Shown in pieces: positions 29,656 to 35,636 of a stretch of DNA of 35,636 bases. Below the pieces are notes generated by a model. That model saw nothing but the letters and a program-made list of their open reading frames with translations, had not been told where the DNA came from and did no database searches. The position numbers and the translations under genes were made by a program. Position 1 is the first letter of the stretch, and every line of letters begins with the position of its first letter. Source of the DNA: Candidatus Velthaea sp. (GTDB lineage: Bacteria; Vulcanimicrobiota; Vulcanimicrobiia; Vulcanimicrobiales; Vulcanimicrobiaceae). Location of the stretch: NCBI GenBank assembly GCA_965214935.1, contig CBDCCS010000006.1:1-35636 (forward strand), written 5' to 3'.

Positions 29656-31041
29656 TTAAACCGGGACGGGACGCCGGCGGCCGCCTCGAGCTTCGCGCGG
29701 CTCACGAGGCTGCGGTACACCGTCGTCGCCGGCATCACTTACTTCATATCGCAGCATTAGGCCAATGGCGATCCAGAAAAATAGCCCCGGCAAAGCGGAG
29801 TGAAAATCCGAGGAGAGATCGAGCCCGATCAGTGCGGCTTGGAAGCTTAGAGCCGCAACCGAAATCTGAATTAAGCCAGTATCTTTTAAACGTAGACCCA
29901 GAACGTAGGCCCGCAGGCCGAAGACGACACTGAAAAAGACGGTGCATAGGTAACCGGCACAGCCGGGAAACCCCATCTCGAGAAAGCGCGACAAATAGCC
30001 GTTATCCAAAACAAGCGAACTTGCTTTTCCGCTATCATCGCCTCCTCCATTGAGCCACACGGCGGTTCCGACGGTCCCCAATCCCTGTCCGAGTGGCTCG
30101 GCTAAGCCTTGGTGCAGGGCATAATTTGTTTCGTCGGCACGCGCGTTTACCGAAGCATCCTGGTCGACGTCACCGAGCGTATTGAAACGCTGCTGCAGTT
30201 GCGTTGAAACATCGGCATTGCCAAACAGCGTCGACGCATTGAATACGAGGAGCAGCGAAACAACGCCAAGCGTGCCGAGCGCGGTGGCCAGCTTTCCACG
30301 CTTCGGGCTCAATGCGGTATAGATGACGATCCCGATCACGAGTGCGAGCCATGATGACCGGACGTTGGTTAACACTAAGACGGCGATATTGAGGATTGTG
30401 ATGAGCAGTGGAATTGGCCGGCGCAAATCCAAACGATGAAGGTTAAAGAGTGTTACCGCGACGATGAACAGCGAAAGCGTGCCGTGCGAATTGAGCATGC
30501 TAAAAGGATGCAAGCCAAATGGCTCAGGAATGCCGAGGCTCACTTGGTGCAAATCATTCACGTAGGCCACGTCCCATGGCGGCGGGGCCACGAACTGATA
30601 CACGGCGTACACGCTCTCGATCGATGAGAACCAGAGCAACGCAACGCCGAGTTGGTCGAATGCTTGTACGCGTGAAGCCGGCCGCACCAGCATCCACGCG
30701 CCAATCAGCATCGGCACACAGAACTGAGCAAAATCATAGAACGCTCCGGCGCCACCGCGTGAGGCCAGCGCAACGACGAGCGCATAGACGAAACCGAACA
30801 GCCACATGTACACCAGTGTCTTGAACGGCAGCCGGAGACGCGGCGACGATGCATTGCGGTAGACAATAACCGCCAACGGCAGGAGCGATAGCATCGGCAA
30901 CACGCTCAAGAATGATAGCGGATTTCGACCAAACTGCCAGTCGATGATGCGACGCAAACCTGGAGCGAAACACCACAACCCGAGAACGAACGGAAGATAC
31001 CATCGATCGAACGACGCTTGCAGCCGCCGAAACACGTTCAT
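29656..31041 (-). CDS. wzy: Wzy/O-antigen ligase-like polymerase
   Basis: Multi-TM protein with LTNVRSSW, periplasmic S..AR, PLGQGLG and DNGYL..FLEMG motifs; ATGA overlap with the upstream SDR stop. Confidence 0.78.
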   Translation of the reverse strand: MNVFRRLQASFDRWYLPFVLGLWCFAPGLRRIIDWQFGRNPLSFLSVLPMLSLLPLAVIVYRNASSPRLRLPFKTLVYMWLFGFVYALVVALASRGGAGAFYDFAQFCVPMLIGAWMLVRPASRVQAFDQLGVALLWFSSIESVYAVYQFVAPPPWDVAYVNDLHQVSLGIPEPFGLHPFSMLNSHGTLSLFIVAVTLFNLHRLDLRRPIPLLITILNIAVLVLTNVRSSWLALVIGIVIYTALSPKRGKLATALGTLGVVSLLLVFNASTLFGNADVSTQLQQRFNTLGDVDQDASVNARADETNYALHQGLAEPLGQGLGTVGTAVWLNGGGDDSGKASSLVLDNGYLSRFLEMGFPGCAGYLCTVFFSVVFGLRAYVLGLRLKDTGLIQISVAALSFQAALIGLDLSSDFHSALPGLFFWIAIGLMLRYEVSDAGDDGVPQPREPREARGGRRRPVPV

Positions 31042-31967
31042 ACGAAGACGCGGCTCTCCTTGAAGAACCAATCATACGTGCGTCGCAGACCGGCTTCAAG
31101 CGTCGTGCGAGGCGACACGCCCATGCGCCGCGACAACGTGAGATCCGGTTCACGTTTTGCGCCAGCGTCGCGTTCCTCGACGAACTGCGTTCGGAAGTCG
31201 ATCGACACAACCATCGCGAGCGTACGTGCAATTTCAATTGTACTGCACTTCTCGTCGCTGCCGATATCGAACGGTTCGGACGAGCCTTCGGTCTGGCCGG
31301 CAATCGTCAGCAAGGCGCGGACCGCGTCCTCAACATATACCGGCGACCGCATCGCAAGCCCGTCGCCGGGAATCGGTAGCGGACGACCGTCCTGCACGGC
31401 ATCCATCATTGCAGGAATAAGCGAGCCGTCAACATCTTGCATGCGCGGACCGTAGCAATCGAAAAAGCGCACGATGCGTGCATCAGGTCCATGAGCGCTA
31501 AGCGCCGCCGATACGGCAGCTTCACCGAAGCGCGCGAAGTTGCTCAGCGTGACTGCGCGGTCGAACACATCTGCGGCCGACGCGTGAATGAATCGAGCAT
31601 GCCGTTCGCGCGCAAGATCAACGAGCGACGCCGTTGCGAGTGCGTCGACTGCCCGCATCTCGCGCAAGCTGTTCGAATCGGCATCGATAAGTGCCGGCGA
31701 AGCGAAGTGATATACCGCCGCGATTCGGTCAGGCGCTTTGGCTTGCTCGAGAATGGTTCGCAAGACGCTGGCTTCGACGGCAACGTCCGCATACACGAAG
31801 GTCACTCTTCCGGACGCAATCGCAGCGGCAATGTTCGCCAACCGGCCGGTCAGAAGGCTATCGAAAACGATAACCTCTTGACCCCGTTTTACCAGCGCAT
31901 CAACCAGATGACTGCCGACGAAACCGGCTCCGCCGGTAACGATGCTACATGTCGAGTTTAGACGCAC
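31038..31967 (-). CDS. NAD-dependent epimerase/dehydratase homolog (UDP-glucuronate decarboxylase-like) with degenerate active site
   Basis: Retains VTGGAGFVGSHL, HFASPA, YGPRM and RS.VYVED but has no YxxxK. The start is placed at GTG 31967. Confidence 0.75.
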   Translation of the reverse strand: MRLNSTCSIVTGGAGFVGSHLVDALVKRGQEVIVFDSLLTGRLANIAAAIASGRVTFVYADVAVEASVLRTILEQAKAPDRIAAVYHFASPALIDADSNSLREMRAVDALATASLVDLARERHARFIHASAADVFDRAVTLSNFARFGEAAVSAALSAHGPDARIVRFFDCYGPRMQDVDGSLIPAMMDAVQDGRPLPIPGDGLAMRSPVYVEDAVRALLTIAGQTEGSSEPFDIGSDEKCSTIEIARTLAMVVSIDFRTQFVEERDAGAKREPDLTLSRRMGVSPRTTLEAGLRRTYDWFFKESRVFV

Positions 31968-31977
31968 CGTACTGGTC

Positions 31978-32700
31978 TCAGGAATTGACCGTCGATCGCG
32001 TTGGTGCTTCGGTTGCACCGGCTTCGCGCGAAACCTCAGGATCGATCGTGTGGCGGCTCGTGACGTGCCGAATTGGTAGCAGTGAATTCTTACCGGTCGT
32101 GGTCCACCGCTCGCGAAAGCTGTTGATCAAAGTCGATGTAACCGTCAATGCGCCGATCACACTCGCATCGACCCGCGAAAGCGTTTTCATTGTTTCATCG
32201 TCTGCCGCCGTCCCGAGCCGTCCCAGCCGGACGGTCAGCATCGTCCCATCCGCAATCGTAGAAAACAACACCGCTAAGTTACTGCGCACGAGGGGCGCCG
32301 TATCGACGATAATATAGTCAAAACTCGACCGGAAATGCGCGACCGCCGCCTTGACGCGCTCCATCGACAATCCGGCCTCGAAACGTTCATCGGCGAAGGA
32401 AATGCCCTTAAACCGCTGGCCGGGAATGCCAATCACGTACGTGCTGAGTTGCGCAGTCTTAAACGACGAAGGCATCAGCTGCCCGCGCACAAAGGACAAC
32501 AGTGGTGCCTCGACATTCGCGTCAATAAAAAGGACGCGATGATCGGCTTCCGCGAGCGATTGTGCAAGGCCGAACGCGGTCGCTGATTTACCGTCGCCTC
32601 GTGATCCCGAAGTGATGACGATCATCGTCGGTTCGCTGAAGGTGGCCTCGATGCGAGCGCGGAGCTGGCCGAATTGCTGCGCTTCCCGGGTAGATTCCAT
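31978..32700 (-). CDS. Stand-alone CpsD/CapB-like BY-kinase homolog lacking the C-terminal Tyr cluster
   Basis: Walker A SGSRGDGKS, A' FIDAN and Walker B IIVDTAP; ATG 32700 has RBS aaagga. Confidence 0.8.
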   Translation of the reverse strand: MESTREAQQFGQLRARIEATFSEPTMIVITSGSRGDGKSATAFGLAQSLAEADHRVLFIDANVEAPLLSFVRGQLMPSSFKTAQLSTYVIGIPGQRFKGISFADERFEAGLSMERVKAAVAHFRSSFDYIIVDTAPLVRSNLAVLFSTIADGTMLTVRLGRLGTAADDETMKTLSRVDASVIGALTVTSTLINSFRERWTTTGKNSLLPIRHVTSRHTIDPEVSREAGATEAPTRSTVNS

Positions 32701-32716
32701 GGTTATCTTTCCTTTG

Positions 32717-34024
32717 CTAAAGCGAACCAAGATTGCCGATAACCGGAAGCCCGTAAAGCTTCTCAACGGCATCAGGCGAACGCAAACTGGGATCGAGAAC
32801 GTCAATCGCAACGGCAACCGTAATCGTCAGCGCGGTCAAAAGAAATGCCACAATGAGATCAAGAGCGAAGCGCGGAATCCGCGGGGCGGCCGCAACAGCA
32901 TGATCGATTACGACGACGGCCCCGAGCGAAGCGGCTGCGGCCTGACTTGCGCGAGTGTCATTCAATTTGAGTACGGTCGCGGCATAAGCAGCCTGAGCGG
33001 CATCACGCTTCGACCGCAACAGACTTACTTGCGCCCCGGTGACCGGTAGATCGCGTAAGTGCTGTTCTTCAACTTGCATCTGCGCGTCAATTGCAGCGAC
33101 CCGCGCGCGATCGCCCGCCGCTACGGCCATCGCATTCCGCCTAGCCAAAATCGTCGCGGCATAGGTTGCGCTCGATGACGGCGCGCCTTGCACGGCCGAA
33201 AGTTCGGCCGACTTGACGGCTGACGTTTCCCGTTCTACCTGCTCTTTAAGACTCGGTAGACCCGGGTAAAGATCCGAAAATTGAGCGCGTTGAAATGCCA
33301 GTTGTGCTGCGTCTTTAGATTGTCCGCCGCGTAGCGCTTGTACGTATGGATTGCCGGCTAAAACTTCTTGCTTGACAATCCCGGCCGTCTCTTGCGGTTG
33401 AGCCGACTGAGCAGCGGCAATTGCTTGATCGCTTACCAGCGTCGCGTATGCGGTCCCGCGTTCAGTCTGTAACGCTCCGATGCGGGCGGTGATGTTTTCA
33501 AGCGCCTTATCGGAGCCGACGAAGGTGTCACGTTGCGCCGCGCGCTGCAACCGAGCGTCAATCGACTGCATCTCATCAGAATCAGCTTGTAAGGCATGCT
33601 CGAGAAATCCAACCATCAAGTCGTATTGACCACCGGATAGTCGTTTATAATAATTGGACGTTTCGTCAGCTAGCGCATTGGTGACATCACGCGCCAGCTT
33701 GGCATCTTTATCACGATACGAAATCGGCATAACGTTCGAGTGAAGGCCAGGTTTTGCATCGATATGAGAGCGCAAACCGTCAATCCCGCCGAGATTAAAT
33801 CGAGCGGCAACCCGCTCGACGACGGTTTGACTTAGCGTTAGCGTTCCCATATCGGTACTCGGTATCATCGAATCCTTACCGACCATCATCACGTGTGCAA
33901 CGGCAACGTATGTCGGCTTTAGCAGGCGCAAGATGAACGGTAACGCGACGAGCGCAATGACGAACGTAACGAGTAAGACCGTCCGTCGCCGCTGCAGCAT
34001 TGCAACGAACCAATTACGATTCAA
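32717..34024 (-). CDS. Polysaccharide co-polymerase (Wzc N-terminal/GumC-like) with no fused kinase
   Basis: Two terminal TM segments, a KPTY motif, a long Ala/Gln-rich helical middle region and C-terminal D..LRSPD.VE...GLPVIG. Confidence 0.82.
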   Translation of the reverse strand: MNRNWFVAMLQRRRTVLLVTFVIALVALPFILRLLKPTYVAVAHVMMVGKDSMIPSTDMGTLTLSQTVVERVAARFNLGGIDGLRSHIDAKPGLHSNVMPISYRDKDAKLARDVTNALADETSNYYKRLSGGQYDLMVGFLEHALQADSDEMQSIDARLQRAAQRDTFVGSDKALENITARIGALQTERGTAYATLVSDQAIAAAQSAQPQETAGIVKQEVLAGNPYVQALRGGQSKDAAQLAFQRAQFSDLYPGLPSLKEQVERETSAVKSAELSAVQGAPSSSATYAATILARRNAMAVAAGDRARVAAIDAQMQVEEQHLRDLPVTGAQVSLLRSKRDAAQAAYAATVLKLNDTRASQAAAASLGAVVVIDHAVAAAPRIPRFALDLIVAFLLTALTITVAVAIDVLDPSLRSPDAVEKLYGLPVIGNLGSL

Positions 34025-34093
34025 CAGATCTCTCCGTAGAAGAGCGAGACGGCGGAAGACGCCGGTTTGTGCCGACCCGTTCGCACATGACGA

Positions 34094-34789
34094 TCAATAT
34101 GCGCCTTCAGTCGAAATAAGCGTGCGCACCGTGCGTAGCAGAACGCGAGCATCAGTACCAACCGATGCTTCCCGAATGTAGTCCAAGTCCAACAACGTGG
34201 CTTTCGGTAAATGTAAGGGCACGGTGGAACGGCACGTTGTCTGCCAGAAGCCGGTTACGCCGGGTGTTACCAAGTGCCGGAGATGCTGCCAACTCTCATA
34301 ATTGCGCACAATAAAGGGCATTTCCGGTCGAGGTCCGACCAGCGCCATATCGCCCAAAAGCACATTAATCAACTGAGGAATTTCGTCGATCGAGAGCCGC
34401 CGCAGCCAGTAGCCGGAGCGCGTGATTCGCGGATCGCGACCCGTCGTCGGTGAGAGGCCGTCGACGCATTTCTCTTTCCTCATCGTACGCAGTTTGTAAA
34501 TGGTGAAGAGTTTACCAAACCGGCCGACCCGCCGTTGCCGAAAGAAGATCGGTCGTCCATCTTCAACAAGGATTGCGATCGCCGCGGCGAGCAGGATCGG
34601 CATCGCCGCAGCAATCATAAGCGAGGCGACCGAAACATCAATTAGTCGACGCAACCGCAGATACTCAACGTTCTCGCGAAAGACAATAATGTCGGGGCCT
34701 TCAGCTGTAGCGTCTCCCTCGAACTGAGCCATCGACGCGGCCGGCGAAGCCGCATGCGGCTCACCATGCGTTTCATCGATCATCTTCAC
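34094..34789 (-). CDS. Priming phosphoglycosyl transferase (bacterial sugar transferase, small PGT type)
   Basis: RRLID, PIFFRQRRVG, YKLRTM, DPRIT and SIDEIPQL..GDMALVGPRPE motifs. GTG 34789 overlaps the TGA of the reconstructed export gene; ATG 34783 is the alternative start. Confidence 0.9.
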   Translation of the reverse strand: MKMIDETHGEPHAASPAASMAQFEGDATAEGPDIIVFRENVEYLRLRRLIDVSVASLMIAAAMPILLAAAIAILVEDGRPIFFRQRRVGRFGKLFTIYKLRTMRKEKCVDGLSPTTGRDPRITRSGYWLRRLSIDEIPQLINVLLGDMALVGPRPEMPFIVRNYESWQHLRHLVTPGVTGFWQTTCRSTVPLHLPKATLLDLDYIREASVGTDARVLLRTVRTLISTEGAY

Positions 34790-35634
34790 GGCGTTACCCG
34801 TTGCGGCACGAACCGCGTCGACGCATTCACGCCGACGCCTAACGCGGCGAAAACCGGCGTCCAATCGATCTTGTGACCTTCGGGACAAAAACCGTATCAC
34901 CATCAGCCAACGGCGGATTCTGCGAAACATCACCATGCGTCAAAGCCGTAACATCGTATTGGGTATGCCGTCCGTTATGCATGACTTGCACCTTTTTGAG
35001 ATCGGCCCACTTTTGAATGCCGTCCGCGCCGTATAGCGCGCTTAACAACGTCGTATCGTTTCGAAGGGCCACGTCGCCGGGCTTGACGACCATCCCCACA
35101 ACAGTGATGACCGGCGCACGCGGAACGACGACAATATCGCCCGGCGCGGCCGGTTCAGAGAACTCCGCACTCCCAAATGCGACGGTGTGCTTGACCCCGC
35201 CGCGCACGATCGAGATGCCGTTCGTGGCCGATGTCGGTAGTTCGCCGCCGGCTTGCGCGATTGCCGTCGACAACAGGGTCGGTCGGATTAATATACGCGA
35301 CGCCCGGCTCTCTCACGTCGCCGCGAACCGTTACCGAAACCGGCTTATCATGAAGCTGGATCGTATCGCCCGGTTGCAAGACGGTCCCACCGCCAAAACC
35401 CGAGCCCTCCGAGGTCGCGTTAAACGGGCCGAGCACGGCGCCGTCGCGAGAAACCGTGACGCGTTGTAGATCGATTCGGCCGCCGTCGAAGTCACCCGCG
35501 GTCTGTTGCCCGGGCTGCGCCGCGACCACAGCGGTGTTTTGGGCACGAAGTTGCGCCAGTGCGCTGGACAGATTCTCACCGGGACTATATGCAAGAACGC
35601 CGCCTGGACCACCGGCAACAAAGACCGACTGCGC
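34786..35634 (-). CDS. SLBB-domain polysaccharide export protein (Wza/OPX-like); 5' partial, with two 1-nt frameshifts
   Basis: Repeated SLBB motifs (LQPGD...VTVRGDVREPG; LSTAIAQAGG; PGDIVVVP...VVGMVVKPG; ADLKKV...LADGDTVFVP). The frame changes at ~35274 and ~34883; the repaired C-terminus is VPEGHKIDWTPVFAALG...VTP*. Confidence 0.8.
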
Positions 35635-35636
35635 TT

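Overview
GC-rich bacterial window lying entirely inside a large Wzx/Wzy-type exopolysaccharide/capsule locus that runs off both ends. The minus-strand backbone, read from the right end, is: SLBB/Wza-like export protein, priming phosphoglycosyl transferase, Wzc-like co-polymerase, stand-alone BY-kinase homolog, SDR homolog, Wzy-like polymerase, FkbH-ACP-LbH acyltransferase-GT4-GT4, Wzx flippase, GT2, GT4, GT2, GT4, and a HAD/PRTase protein resembling PRPP-dependent ribofuranosyltransferases. Plus-strand genes are interleaved: an acyltransferase-3, a VOC epimerase-like protein, a GMC oxidoreductase, an uncharacterised GT-like protein, a partial polysaccharide deacetylase, and four paralogous secreted clan GH-A-like hydrolases, three of them lipoproteins with a LamG-like domain. 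Most notable: (1) an FkbH-ACP-VOC-AT3 set with no PKS/NRPS in the window, which may glycerylate the polymer; (2) the four-paralog hydrolase family; (3) two adjacent apparent pseudoenzymes (a kinase homolog with no Tyr cluster and an SDR with no YxxxK); (4) the candidate ribofuranosyltransferase with altered motifs. Three single-base frameshifts (GMC once, Wza-like twice) may be sequencing errors. I saw no rRNA, tRNA, CRISPR array or mobile element. All assignments come from motif recognition by eye; no database searches were run.
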